Notes: a model not told the origin generated them from the sequence alone. DNA of 64,000 nucleotides from an uncultured Leptospiraceae bacterium (GCA_964627815.1 CAZVKE010000005.1:270083-334082); one strand, 5' to 3'; positions 19,563 through 30,147 are shown, counted from the stretch's first letter. Numbers and translations: made by a program.

Positions 19563-21128
19563 TCAGGCACGCCTGACCAGCCGCTTCACGATCCTTTCAT
19601 ACATAAACCTTATCTCCCGGACCCCGAGAAGCATGCAGGCTGCAAAATAGGTGGCGCTGCCGGCTATCACGAGCACCATGAGGTAGATCAGCCTCTTGCT
19701 GAACGGATCGGCGAACCAGTTGACGCGCGACGAGATCAGATAGAGCACCAGCCACATCACAAGGCCCGCGGCAAGAAATTTGAGCGGCGTAACGATGATC
19801 TCCTTCGCGCCTATCCTTCCTATTTTGCGGTGCAGCAGGTAGAGGAGGATGAACACCTGCAGCGTAACCGCTATTGAGTTGGCAAGCGAAAGTCCGCCGT
19901 GCAGAAGGGGCGTTTTCATAAGGATATATCCCGCCCCGATGTTGACCACGAACGCGATCGCTGAAGTAATAACTGGAGTCCTGGTGTCCTTGAGCGAATA
20001 GAAGGTCGGCGTGGTGATACGGAGGACGGCGATCGCCGATATCCCCATGCTCGAATAAAAGAGCGCCTTCTCGGTCATGAGGGCATGATGCGCCGTGAAC
20101 TGCCCCCGCATGAAGAGCACCGAAAGGATCGGGATGCCGATGGTCATGAGGGCGATACTCGCCGGCACCGCGAGGAAGAGCGCGGCGTTAACGGCAGTTC
20201 GGTATATCTCACGCAGCCTGTCGATATCGTCCCTGGCGGTTACACGCGACATCTCGGGCAGGATAACATTGCCGATCGAAACGATGAATACGCCAAGAAC
20301 GATCTCGGTAAGCCTGTCGGAATAGAAAAGGTACGAAATGCTTCCGGACGGCAGGACCGAAGCGAGCATCGTGCTCATCAGGATATTGATCTGGTAAATA
20401 GCTATCCCGAAGGTCGCCGGCGCCAGAAGACTGAATATCTTGCGTATGCCGGGGTGCTTGAAATCGATCGATATCTTCATCCGAAAGCCGGATTTTATCA
20501 GCGTCGGGATCTGCGTGATGACCTGCAGCAGGCCTCCGAAGAGCGCGCCCAGGGCCAGCCCGTAGAGCGGCTCGCTGAAGAAAGCGCTGAAGCCGAATGC
20601 GCCGACGATGAATCCGACGTTGAGGAGCACGGGGGAGAACGCCGGGGTGAAGAAGTATCCGTGCGAATTGAGCACTCCCATCGCGAAAGCGACAATACCT
20701 ATCAGGAAAAGATAGGGGAACATTATCTGGTTGAGTCTCACGGTCAGGTCGATCTTGGATGGATCGTCAAAACCGACCGCGAAGACGCCCACAATCTCCC
20801 TTGAAAACACAACCCCGAGCACCACAAGGATAAAAAGCGTCACCAGTAAGATCGATAAGGTCTTCTGCGCAAGTTTAAGCGCCTCTTCCCGGTCGTGTTT
20901 GACGAGGTATTCGGTGTAGACGGGGATAAAGGATATGGTGAGCGCCCCTTCGCCGACAAGCCGCCGGAAAAGGTTCGGTATCCGGTAGGCAACGAAAAAA
21001 CCGTCGAGCGAGCCCGAAGCGCCGAAGTAGTTGGCAATGATCATGTCGCGGATAAAACCCGTGATACGGCTCAGGAGCGTCGAGAGCGCGACAACGCCGG
21101 TCGAACGCACGAGGGATTGCTTTTTCAT
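19563..21128 (-). CDS. murJ: Lipid II flippase MurJ (MviN)
   Basis: N-terminus ...VVALSTLLSRITGFIRDMIIANYFGAS...FFVAYRIPNLFRRL is the canonical MurJ signature. 14 TM helices, 521 aa. Confidence 0.85.
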   Translation of the reverse strand: MKKQSLVRSTGVVALSTLLSRITGFIRDMIIANYFGASGSLDGFFVAYRIPNLFRRLVGEGALTISFIPVYTEYLVKHDREEALKLAQKTLSILLVTLFILVVLGVVFSREIVGVFAVGFDDPSKIDLTVRLNQIMFPYLFLIGIVAFAMGVLNSHGYFFTPAFSPVLLNVGFIVGAFGFSAFFSEPLYGLALGALFGGLLQVITQIPTLIKSGFRMKISIDFKHPGIRKIFSLLAPATFGIAIYQINILMSTMLASVLPSGSISYLFYSDRLTEIVLGVFIVSIGNVILPEMSRVTARDDIDRLREIYRTAVNAALFLAVPASIALMTIGIPILSVLFMRGQFTAHHALMTEKALFYSSMGISAIAVLRITTPTFYSLKDTRTPVITSAIAFVVNIGAGYILMKTPLLHGGLSLANSIAVTLQVFILLYLLHRKIGRIGAKEIIVTPLKFLAAGLVMWLVLYLISSRVNWFADPFSKRLIYLMVLVIAGSATYFAACMLLGVREIRFMYERIVKRLVRRA

Positions 21129-21132
21129 TGCG

Positions 21133-22695
21133 TCAGCTCCATCGAAGGAGCGCTGCCCCGGCGGACACCTCCACCTTCAGGCAGCCGATATCAATAAGCC
21201 TTGAGACTTCGTACGAAATGTCGTCGGCTGGATGGTCCATTCTGTCGCGCAGATATGAGGCGAAGTTGCCTCGCACCGATCCCGGATCGGTACTGCCGTC
21301 GCCCGGATACTTCTCCACGAGCTCTTTCTGGATCAGATCCGCGGTGAAGACAAACGATTTGAGGCTCTGGTACATCACTCGATCGCCTTCGGGCACCGCT
21401 TCACCGCTGGCAAGCTTATCGGCGATTGAGAGCATCTTTTCACGCGTTCGCTCATTGAATTCCGCGGCGATCGTGTCCACCATTTCAGCGGTGATGTCAC
21501 GCGTCACCGAAACGGCCCTGTTGGCGTCATAGAGGTCCCAGTCGCTGGTAAGGATAGTGATGCCGTACTCGTCAGCCTTCTCTCGCACTTCTGTGCCGGG
21601 CATCGGCGCCAGTATATGGTAGCCGTAATAGGGGCTCAGGCGCTTCGAGAACTCGAGCGTGTTTTTAATCGTCTGCGGCGTCTCGCCCGGAAGGCCGAGG
21701 ATATAGGATGTCATCGGCGTTATTCCGGCGGCCTGGCACATCGCTATCGCGCTTTCGCACTTTGCGAGCGTAATCTTCTTTTTTACTGTATCGAGTATTT
21801 CCTGGTTCGCGCTTTCGATGCCGAAACAGAGCGTGGTGCATCCGGCTTTTTTCATCGAATCGAGGAGCTCGGGAGAGACTGTATCAACCCGCGCGAACGC
21901 CGTCCAAGGATGCTTTATGCCGCGGCGGATGATCTCATCGCAGACCGCCATGCAGCGCGTCTTATTCGAGGTAAAGAGGTCATCGACGATATTGATCTGC
22001 TTGAACCCCATCTTCGAAAGCATCTCGAACTCATCGACAACCCGGCTAACATCGAAGTAGCGGACCTTGCGCCCGACCATCTTGCTCCCGAGGCAGAAGA
22101 TGCATTTATGAGGGCAGCCGCGCGAGGTAACCATGTTGATCGGGAAGCCAAGCGCACGGTATTTGCTGAGCTTAACCAGATGGCGCGCGGGATACGGAAG
22201 AATATTTATGTCCTCGATGAACGGCCGCTGTTCATTGTGGACCGCGGCGCCGTTTTTCCTGAATGACAGTCCTGCAATGCCTTCCACGTCCTGCCGCGAC
22301 GCGATCGCATCAAGAAGTTCGACGAATGTTAGTTCTCCCTCGCCGCGCACAATGTAGTCAATGAACGGATTGTCGCGGAGGATGTTATCGGCATCGAAAG
22401 TGACATGGGGCCCTCCCATGACGAACACCGCTTCGGGCTTCAGTTCCCTGTACTTCGAGAGGATCGCAAGTCCCTTCTTTATATTCATGGTAACCCCGGT
22501 CGCCCCGATGACGTCAGGATTGAAATCACTGATGGTGGCCTTCATGTTTTCTTCGGTGCATGGTGTTATGATGAAGTCATCGATCCGCACTTCAAATCCT
22601 TTTTCGATGAGAAACGCCGCAAGCGACATGAGCCCGAAGGGAGGGGTCGGCGATTCTTCAAACGGGTAGGGGGGATTTATCAATAGTACTTTCAT
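21133..22695 (-). CDS. B12-binding-domain radical SAM enzyme (class B-like)
   Basis: N-terminal cobalamin-binding Rossmann-like domain. Radical SAM CxxxCxxC motif CPHKCIFC. 4 nt upstream of murJ on the same strand. Confidence 0.75.
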   Translation of the reverse strand: MKVLLINPPYPFEESPTPPFGLMSLAAFLIEKGFEVRIDDFIITPCTEENMKATISDFNPDVIGATGVTMNIKKGLAILSKYRELKPEAVFVMGGPHVTFDADNILRDNPFIDYIVRGEGELTFVELLDAIASRQDVEGIAGLSFRKNGAAVHNEQRPFIEDINILPYPARHLVKLSKYRALGFPINMVTSRGCPHKCIFCLGSKMVGRKVRYFDVSRVVDEFEMLSKMGFKQINIVDDLFTSNKTRCMAVCDEIIRRGIKHPWTAFARVDTVSPELLDSMKKAGCTTLCFGIESANQEILDTVKKKITLAKCESAIAMCQAAGITPMTSYILGLPGETPQTIKNTLEFSKRLSPYYGYHILAPMPGTEVREKADEYGITILTSDWDLYDANRAVSVTRDITAEMVDTIAAEFNERTREKMLSIADKLASGEAVPEGDRVMYQSLKSFVFTADLIQKELVEKYPGDGSTDPGSVRGNFASYLRDRMDHPADDISYEVSRLIDIGCLKVEVSAGAALLRWS

Positions 22696-23007
22696 GTTGA
22701 TTTCCTGAAATTAAGAATAGCATTTCCACCGGTGACGACAAATGCCCTTTATACGGCCGTCCCGATCCGGCAGCGGGGATCAGATATCGGCCCGGCCTTT
22801 CGAGTTCTGATGGATAATCGGTGAATCACTCACGAGCGGGATGGCAATGATTCCGCTGATCGGAACAGGGGTTTACATGTACGCGCGCGAGATGTTTTTG
22901 TAAATAAAAATATCGCCGGCAGTCGAATTTATTTTATCCTCCTGCGACGGGACAGCTCCGATGCCGGAAATCCTCACTTATAAATTTGTTATATTCCCGG
23001 AAGAGCC

Positions 23008-23036
23008 GACGTAAGATATTTGACAAAGCCGACCGC
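23008..23036 (+). promoter_or_regulatory. Sigma70-like promoter (TTGACA-17-ATATAA) upstream of the 972-aa gene
   Basis: TTGACA at 23008..23013, a 17-nt spacer, ATATAA at 23031..23036. The leader would be very short. Confidence 0.35.
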
Positions 23037-23056
23037 TGTGTAATATAAAGCAGACT

Positions 23057-25975
23057 ATGCGTAAAGGATATGTCATCATTATAATGATCGCGGCGTGCCT
23101 GTTTTTGAGGGCGCTGCACGCGGCTACCCTGTTCGACCCCCGGCTGCGCTGGCAATCCCTGAAGACCGAACACTTCTGGATCCATTACCACCAGGGACTT
23201 GAGGATATCGCCCGCCGCATGGCGGTTATATCCGAAAGGACACACGCGAGGCTCACCGGTGAAACCGGCTGGCAGCCTTTCCTGAGGACCGATCTGATAC
23301 TGGTGGACAATATGGACCTTGCCAACGGATTCGCGACACCGTTCCCCTACAACAGGGTCCAGATTTTCATCAACAGGGCCGATTTCGACAGTGTGCTGGG
23401 CAACTTCGATGACTGGCTCGAGCTTGTTTTCACGCATGAATACGTCCACATCCTCAACCTCGATATGATCAACGGTATTCCGGCCGTTACGCGCTATACC
23501 TGCGGAAGGGTCTGCTTTCCCAATATGTTTCTTCCCATCTGGGCGCTCGAAGGAAACGCGGTGTACGCCGAATCCCGCAACCACATCTACGGACGGAACA
23601 ACAGCACCTACGTCGACATGATGATGCGCATGGACGTCGCGCGCGATTCGCTTAAAGGGATCGCGGAAGCATCCCACTACCCGAGAAGCTGGCCAATGGG
23701 CAACGTACCGTATATCTACGGAGGCCGTTTCATTGAATATCTTGAGCAGAGATACGGACGCGACCGGTTTCGCGACACAATGATCGAAAATTCAGATAAC
23801 ATACTCCCGTATCTGGTCAACCGGAACGCCTGGATGGTATACGGCGTTTCGTTCAATTACCTCTGGAACGAATGGCAGAATTTCGAAACGGCTAAATTCC
23901 GCGGGCATCTGCGGCAGATACAAAAAGAAGGCGTTACTCCAGCACAAAGGATCACGAAAAGCGGTTACTTCACGACGCTGCCGCGATTCGCCAAAGACGG
24001 AAAAAGCCTCTACTATGTTCGAATCACCGGATACTCCAGACCGGTCCTGGCTCGCTCTTCTCTCGACGGGAATGACCAATCTGAGCTCTCGCTCGTTAAT
24101 GAGCCGAACAGCCTTGCCGTAACGGGCAGGGGAGATCTCTATCTTTCTGATATCGAGTATTACCGTTCCTTTTCGCTTTACAACGAAGCGTTCCGTTACG
24201 ATTCGGGAATGCGCCGTCTTACCGGCAGACTGCGGGGCCGGCATATCGATGTCACCGCCGACGGATCGCGCTCCGTCTGTGTGCACAACGACCGTGATCG
24301 ATATTCCCTCCTGGTCGGCGACACCGGATTTCAGGAGTTCAGTACACTTATCGAAAAATCACCGGTACAGATCGCCTTCCCGAAAATTTCTCCCGACGGG
24401 AAGCGGATCGCCTTTTCCTTCCGGGAAGGGAAGGGCAGTTCCAATCTTGCGCTCATCGAAGTCAATTCGAAGAAAATCGAAAGGCTGACGACCGGAGCGT
24501 TCAACGATATCCACCCGACCTGGCATCCCGACGGCACGAGACTCGTTTTTTCATCCGACAGGAACGGCGTGTATAATCTCTACGAACTGAACCTGTCCGC
24601 GAAAAAACTTGCCCGTATAACAAATATTGAGGGAGGGGCGTTCTCGCCCGACATTTCTCCCGATGGCAGCCGTATCGCGTTTGCAGATTACGACGCGGGC
24701 GGGTTTAATATCGCGCTCATCAATTATCCGTCGGAACCGAGGGACCGTGCGCAGATCGCTCCCGCGGTGATGGATCCTGGCTTTTTTGCCGATACCACGG
24801 CTTTACTCCCGGAGCGGGCCGATATCCCCCCGTCCCCGTACAGGATCTGGCGCTCGATCCTTCCTCCGCTCTGGATACCGATGCTCGGCTCTGAAGAAAT
24901 CTACGACAACAAGTATGACACCTACCTGGGCCTTTACACGATGGGATCGGACACACTCTTCTTCAACCAGTACAGCCTCATGTGTTTCGCCTATAACGAA
25001 CAGAAACGGGCCGTGGTCGATTTTACCTACGCCCTGTCACGGTTTTATCCGGATTTCATTGTGCACTATCGCGACGAAACGCTTTTTTACGGTGAAGATG
25101 GATTCCCCTGGGCTGACTCCAACATGACGGCAACTCGAAGGACCCTTGAAAAACAAGGCAGTTTCGGAGTATCTGTTCCGGTCAATTATTATCAATCTTC
25201 ACATCTGTTTTACCTATCCTATATCTACGAAAAAGATCGCACCTCCGTGTATATACCGGGTTATGAGGTCACCGAATATACTGACATTCTTGCCCGCTTG
25301 CGTTTCGTCTATTATTATACAAACGCTCAGATGTATCCGTTTTCAATCAGCGCAGAAGACGGGAGAACGATGTATATTATCTCGGATTACTACAGCGTCA
25401 ACCTGGGGTCCGATCTCTCTTACCGAAAGGTCCGGGGCGAGTACGCCGAGTACCTGCCGGGATTCGCAAGCAACAACGTCATCATGCTCCGTCTTCGCGG
25501 CGGGGGAGCGTTCAACGCTCCGGATTATATCGCCCCTTTCAACCTCGGTCGGTTCGAGAAAGGCAAGCGCGGATCCGTCGCAACAGATGAGGATGAGTTC
25601 GGAATGCGGGGATACCCCTCGGGTCTGATCTACGGCACCCGCCTCGCGGTCGCCACTATAGAATACCGGTTTCCACTCTTCCAGGTTGACTGGGGATACA
25701 GGACAGTACCACTCATGTTCCGCGATCTCTGGCTCCAGGTCTTCGCCGAATACGGCAACGTGTGGAACGGGGAAGCCGATTATGGCGCGTTCCGGTCCAG
25801 CGCCGGCGCGGAACTCCACGCGAACATCACACTCGGCTACTATGTGGCGCTTGAAGGATATATCGGCTTTTCCCGCGGATTCAACGAATCAGGAGAAAAT
25901 CAGGTCTATTTCGGCATAGGAACATTTTACGAGGGCGCTCTTAAAAACAGAAATAAATGGTTTGATTTTTTATAA
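23057..25975 (+). CDS. Large outer-membrane protein with three parts: signal peptide + HExxH metallopeptidase-like domain; TolB-type (PD40) beta-propeller; C-terminal Omp85/D15-family beta-barrel
   Basis: Signal peptide MIAACLFLRALHAATLF. FTHEYVHILN (HExxH) with a downstream ALEGNAVYAE. PD40 repeats PDGKRIAFSF, HPDGTRLVFSSDRNG, SPDGSRIAFADYD. C-terminal RGYPSG...ATIEYRFPLFQ...LQVFAEYGNVW resembles the Omp85 barrel signature. Confidence 0.6.
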   Translation: MRKGYVIIIMIAACLFLRALHAATLFDPRLRWQSLKTEHFWIHYHQGLEDIARRMAVISERTHARLTGETGWQPFLRTDLILVDNMDLANGFATPFPYNRVQIFINRADFDSVLGNFDDWLELVFTHEYVHILNLDMINGIPAVTRYTCGRVCFPNMFLPIWALEGNAVYAESRNHIYGRNNSTYVDMMMRMDVARDSLKGIAEASHYPRSWPMGNVPYIYGGRFIEYLEQRYGRDRFRDTMIENSDNILPYLVNRNAWMVYGVSFNYLWNEWQNFETAKFRGHLRQIQKEGVTPAQRITKSGYFTTLPRFAKDGKSLYYVRITGYSRPVLARSSLDGNDQSELSLVNEPNSLAVTGRGDLYLSDIEYYRSFSLYNEAFRYDSGMRRLTGRLRGRHIDVTADGSRSVCVHNDRDRYSLLVGDTGFQEFSTLIEKSPVQIAFPKISPDGKRIAFSFREGKGSSNLALIEVNSKKIERLTTGAFNDIHPTWHPDGTRLVFSSDRNGVYNLYELNLSAKKLARITNIEGGAFSPDISPDGSRIAFADYDAGGFNIALINYPSEPRDRAQIAPAVMDPGFFADTTALLPERADIPPSPYRIWRSILPPLWIPMLGSEEIYDNKYDTYLGLYTMGSDTLFFNQYSLMCFAYNEQKRAVVDFTYALSRFYPDFIVHYRDETLFYGEDGFPWADSNMTATRRTLEKQGSFGVSVPVNYYQSSHLFYLSYIYEKDRTSVYIPGYEVTEYTDILARLRFVYYYTNAQMYPFSISAEDGRTMYIISDYYSVNLGSDLSYRKVRGEYAEYLPGFASNNVIMLRLRGGGAFNAPDYIAPFNLGRFEKGKRGSVATDEDEFGMRGYPSGLIYGTRLAVATIEYRFPLFQVDWGYRTVPLMFRDLWLQVFAEYGNVWNGEADYGAFRSSAGAELHANITLGYYVALEGYIGFSRGFNESGENQVYFGIGTFYEGALKNRNKWFDFL

Positions 25976-25989
25976 CTTGGTCGGATACT

Positions 25990-27585
25990 ATGGGTTCCGG
26001 CCGGGGAGGCAACAGTCAGCCAGCAAGAGAACCTGCCGCCGGTCAGTGTATTCTGGATCGAGAGAAAAGGGGTATCGCCTTGGATGAAAGAAAGGAAGAT
26101 TTCATCATCAAACCCGCCAATTACAAGGAAGCGGTCAAAGAATCGAAAGAGCTTTACATACAGTTTTACTTCCTCACGCCGGAAGTAGAATCAAACCTCA
26201 TGAGAATACTGCATCGTTTTCTTGAGCGATATGATCTGCTCTACATGAAAGACGTGCTGTATACGGTATTAAAAGAGCTTGTCAACAACGCGATCAAAGC
26301 CAACCTGAAACGGGTCTATTTCAGCAAACGGGGCATGGATATTGATGACAAGACCAGCTATCGCAACGGGATGGAAACTTTCAAAGACGAAACGTACGGT
26401 GTTGAGAATAACGAGTTCGAAGAATTAAAGACAAACAAAAAGATCGTCAGAGTCTCATTCATCGCGCACTCGGACAAAATGATTATCCATGTCATCAACA
26501 ACTCGCCGATCCTTGATGAAGAGCTGACAAAGGTGGACGCACGGTCTAAAAAAGCTTACAAATACGATGACATTTCAGAAGCGTTCAACGACGTCCTCGA
26601 CGACTCAGAGGGCGCGGGGCTCGGCCTGATAATGGCCATGATGCTCTTCAAAAGCATAGGGCTTCCCCGTGAGACCTTCAGAATCGCCAAAAAAAATGAT
26701 CTCACCATTGCGGCTATAAATGTACCGCAGATGATCGATCGGACAGTCATTCATTCAATGATCGCCGATGAAATCATGAAGGAAGTCGAAAGCATCCCGG
26801 CTTTTCCGGCAAGCATACGCGAAATTCAGCGCATACTCGCCAATCCCGATTCAACAATCAAAGAGATCGCCGACTCCATCAAGCGTGACCCGTCTCTCAC
26901 CGCTAACCTGATGAAGATAGCAAACTCGGCAGGATACCTGACGATCAACCGTGTCGAGACCATTGAGGACGCCATAAAAAAGATCGGGATCAAGGGGATA
27001 AACTCGCTCGTCATAGCAAGCGGCGTGCAGGACATCATAGAGGCGAGGTATAAAAAATTCGAATCCCTCTGGAAGAACTCCTATAAAACAGCGTTTTACG
27101 CCCAGAAGCTTGCCATGACCTTTAAAATACATAATATCGTTGAATTCGTGTATCTGTCCGCGCTTCTCACCGACATAGGCAGCATGGTGCTTCTTGCGGT
27201 GAAACCGGAAAACGCCGAGAAAGTCAAAGAACTGGTCGGCTACAAAGGAATTAATGACGCAAACCTGCTCGAGGAAATCGGGCTGGGGATGAGCCACAGT
27301 ACGCTCGGGAGTGCCATTCTGAAAAAATGGAATTTCAATGAAGCACTGGTGAAAAGCGTAGAGTTCCATCACCGCCCCCATATGGCCCCCGAAAAATACC
27401 GGGAGTTGATATACTGCGTGTATCTGGCGTCATCCTTCATCGATATCGAAGACAGAAAGAACAGATACGAATTTCTCGATGAGGACGTGCTGGACTATTT
27501 CAAAATCAGCAACCGCGAGAACTATGAGAAACTGCACAACGCTATCAAGGATGCGTATCAACAGCAGGTTAATTCAGTAGCGTAA
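25990..27585 (+). CDS. Signalling protein: GHKL-type ATPase-like domain fused to an HDOD domain. The exact start is uncertain.
   Basis: LKELVNNAIKAN...DSEGAGLGLIMAMMLFK is HATPase_c-like. The C-terminal HDOD-like region is IPAFPASIREIQRIL...HSTLGSAILKKWNFNEALVKSVEFHH. Confidence 0.6.
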   Translation: MGSGRGGNSQPAREPAAGQCILDREKRGIALDERKEDFIIKPANYKEAVKESKELYIQFYFLTPEVESNLMRILHRFLERYDLLYMKDVLYTVLKELVNNAIKANLKRVYFSKRGMDIDDKTSYRNGMETFKDETYGVENNEFEELKTNKKIVRVSFIAHSDKMIIHVINNSPILDEELTKVDARSKKAYKYDDISEAFNDVLDDSEGAGLGLIMAMMLFKSIGLPRETFRIAKKNDLTIAAINVPQMIDRTVIHSMIADEIMKEVESIPAFPASIREIQRILANPDSTIKEIADSIKRDPSLTANLMKIANSAGYLTINRVETIEDAIKKIGIKGINSLVIASGVQDIIEARYKKFESLWKNSYKTAFYAQKLAMTFKIHNIVEFVYLSALLTDIGSMVLLAVKPENAEKVKELVGYKGINDANLLEEIGLGMSHSTLGSAILKKWNFNEALVKSVEFHHRPHMAPEKYRELIYCVYLASSFIDIEDRKNRYEFLDEDVLDYFKISNRENYEKLHNAIKDAYQQQVNSVA

Positions 27586-27621
27586 AGCATTATATACATA
27601 ATAAGTAAAAGGATAGAGTTC

Positions 27622-29988
27622 ATGGACAACGATTCAACCGTAAAAGACGCGCAACTCATTATCCCTGAAGAGATAATTCCCGATGTAATACCGATTATCC
27701 CCATATCGCACAGACCGATATTTCCCGGAATGATGATCCCGCTTGTTCTGACCGGTGAGAAGATGCTGGCGACTATCAACGCGATACTGGAAACCGAAAG
27801 CAAGATCGGCGGCGCTGTTCTTCTTAAGGAACAGACAGAACTTTCGAGCACCTCAGAATCGCTGTATACCGTCGGCGTCTCCGTGAAAGTCCTCAAAATC
27901 GCTCCAATCGATGAGCGCACAGTGCAGGTCATGGTTAGCGCCATGCGACGTTTTGTACTGGTAAAGGTAATAGGTGACGATCCTATCGTCCGGTGGCGCG
28001 TTTCGCACTACTATGAGGACTCCAAACAGTCGACTGAGATGAAAGCATACGCCATGGCGATCATCTCGATGGTAAAAGAGCTCATCAAATCGAATTCTCT
28101 CTTTCATGAGGAACTGAAGCTTTTTCTGAGCCGCTTTACCGTGGAGGACACGGGAAAGCTGGCTGATTTTGTTGCATCCATGACATCAGCGGAACCGCAC
28201 GAGCTTCAGGACATTCTTGAACTGATCGATGTAAAACAGCGTGTCGAAAAAGTGCTTACTCTCCTGAAGAAAGAACTCGAAGTGAGCAAGCTCCAGAAGA
28301 AGATCACCAAACAGATCGAAGAGAGGATCGCCAAACATCAGAAGGAATTCTTCCTGAAAGAACAGCTCAAGGAAATCAAAAAAGAACTCGGACTCGAAAA
28401 GGACGAAAAGACCTCAGAAGTTGAAAGGTTCGAGGAGCGGGCCAGGGCGCTCAAATTCAGCGATGAAGCGAAGGCCCGTTTTGAGGAAGAGCTCGAAAAG
28501 ATAAAGATACTTGAGCCGCATTCTGCCGAATACGGTGTCAGCCGCAATTATCTCGACTGGCTCACGTCGCTTCCCTGGGGATTGTATTCCGAGGATAATT
28601 ACGATATACCAAAAGCCGCGAAAATCCTGAACAGAGACCACTATGGCCTTGATGATATCAAAGACCGCATACTTGAATTCATCAGCACGGGCAAAATGAA
28701 AGGCTCCCTGACCGGTTCGATAATATGCTTTATCGGCCCTCCGGGCGTCGGCAAGACTTCGATCGGGAAATCCGTCGCTGAAGCGCTCAACAGAAAATTC
28801 TATCGGTTTTCTCTGGGCGGAATGAGGGACGAGGCTGAGATAAAAGGCCACAGAAGGACTTATATCGGCGCCATGCCGGGCAAGTTCATTCAGAGCCTGA
28901 AGTCCGTGGGAACAGCAAACCCCGTTATCATGCTTGATGAGATAGACAAGATCGGCATGAGCTATCAGGGCGACCCCGCGTCCGCGCTCCTCGAAGTGCT
29001 CGATCCGGAACAGAATTCCCAGTTCCTGGACCACTATCTCGACGTGCGGTTTGATCTATCCAACATACTCTTCATCGCGACGGCCAATCAGATGGATACA
29101 ATTCCGCTGCCGCTCCTTGACCGGATGGAAGTGATGAAACTTTCGGGATATGTTCTCGAAGAAAAGCTTGAGATCGCCAAAAGATACCTCATCCCGAAAC
29201 AGCTTAAGGCGCATGGATTCAAAAAGGGAATGGTCACATTCAACAACCAGGTGCTGAAAAAAATAATTGACGGCTATGCCCGTGAGGCGGGCGTGCGAAG
29301 CCTCGAGAACAGCATACGCAAGATAATGCGAAAAGCGACCAGGCATTACGCGGAAGGGAAAACCGATACCGTTGAAATTACCGTCGATAACGTTGAGGAG
29401 TATCTCGGAAAACCGCGTTTCCTTGACGAATCCCTGTACGACAAGAGCATTCCCGGCGTAGTGCTCGGTCTGGCCTGGACGAGCATGGGAGGGGCCACTC
29501 TCTATATCGAATCAACCGCGATTTCCACTCAGACACGTGGTTTCAAGCAGACAGGACAGCTCGGCGATGTCATGAAAGAATCTTCTGAAATAGCCTACAC
29601 CTACATTTCATCACGGGCGAAGGAATACGGATTAAATGAAGATTTTTTCAATAAGAACGTTATCCATCTTCATGTGCCGGCAGGGGCAACACCAAAGGAC
29701 GGTCCTTCGGCGGGAATTACCATGGCGACATCCATCTATTCTCTTGCCAAGAATAAACCGATAAAAAAGCAGATTGCCATGACAGGAGAGCTTACTATTA
29801 CAGGGAAAGTACTTCCTATTGGTGGAGTAAAAGAAAAGACGCTTGCCGCAAAAAGGGCCAAGGTGAAAACGATCATTTTCCCGCTTGAAAACAAGAAAGA
29901 TTTTGATGAACTACCTGAAAATATAAGATCCGGCATAGAAGCACGGTTCGTTAATTATTTCGATGAGGTTCTCGGTATAGTATACTGA
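27622..29988 (+). CDS. lon: ATP-dependent Lon protease
   Basis: Lon N-terminal domain. AAA+ Walker A GPPGVGKTS. Catalytic Ser in PKDGPSAGITMATSIYS and catalytic Lys in the TGKVLPIGGVKEK region. Confidence 0.9.
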   Translation: MDNDSTVKDAQLIIPEEIIPDVIPIIPISHRPIFPGMMIPLVLTGEKMLATINAILETESKIGGAVLLKEQTELSSTSESLYTVGVSVKVLKIAPIDERTVQVMVSAMRRFVLVKVIGDDPIVRWRVSHYYEDSKQSTEMKAYAMAIISMVKELIKSNSLFHEELKLFLSRFTVEDTGKLADFVASMTSAEPHELQDILELIDVKQRVEKVLTLLKKELEVSKLQKKITKQIEERIAKHQKEFFLKEQLKEIKKELGLEKDEKTSEVERFEERARALKFSDEAKARFEEELEKIKILEPHSAEYGVSRNYLDWLTSLPWGLYSEDNYDIPKAAKILNRDHYGLDDIKDRILEFISTGKMKGSLTGSIICFIGPPGVGKTSIGKSVAEALNRKFYRFSLGGMRDEAEIKGHRRTYIGAMPGKFIQSLKSVGTANPVIMLDEIDKIGMSYQGDPASALLEVLDPEQNSQFLDHYLDVRFDLSNILFIATANQMDTIPLPLLDRMEVMKLSGYVLEEKLEIAKRYLIPKQLKAHGFKKGMVTFNNQVLKKIIDGYAREAGVRSLENSIRKIMRKATRHYAEGKTDTVEITVDNVEEYLGKPRFLDESLYDKSIPGVVLGLAWTSMGGATLYIESTAISTQTRGFKQTGQLGDVMKESSEIAYTYISSRAKEYGLNEDFFNKNVIHLHVPAGATPKDGPSAGITMATSIYSLAKNKPIKKQIAMTGELTITGKVLPIGGVKEKTLAAKRAKVKTIIFPLENKKDFDELPENIRSGIEARFVNYFDEVLGIVY

Positions 29989-30019
29989 CATGGTGTCATT
30001 TACCCGGTTATATTCAATT

Positions 30020-30059
30020 AAGAACACCCCTTTTATAATGCAGGGGTGTTCTTTTATTG
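30020..30059 (+). terminator. Rho-independent terminator after lon
   Basis: aagaacacccct-tttataatgc-aggggtgttctt is a 12-bp stem, followed by ttattg. Confidence 0.65.
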
Positions 30060-30086
30060 AGAATGACCAGATATATTAAAAAAAAT

Positions 30087-30115
30087 TTGACAAACCGGCA
30101 ATGTGTTAGTATATT
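30087..30115 (+). promoter_or_regulatory. Near-consensus sigma70 promoter (TTGACA-17-TATATT) for the HesB-like gene
   Basis: TTGACA at 30087..30092, a 17-nt spacer, TATATT at 30110..30115. This lies about 30 nt before GGGAG-ATG. Confidence 0.55.
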
Positions 30116-30147
30116 ATAAAATATTAAAATACCTGAGGGAGAACTAT

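Noticed and set aside
20085-20804. 239-aa plus-strand ORF
   Set aside because: It is antisense to murJ and has a highly charged, R/E/D-rich composition.
21616-22266. 216-aa plus ORF
   Set aside because: It is antisense to the radical SAM gene.
22934-23677. 247-aa minus ORF
   Set aside because: It overlaps the 5' end of the 972-aa gene, whose frame has the signal peptide and HExxH motif.
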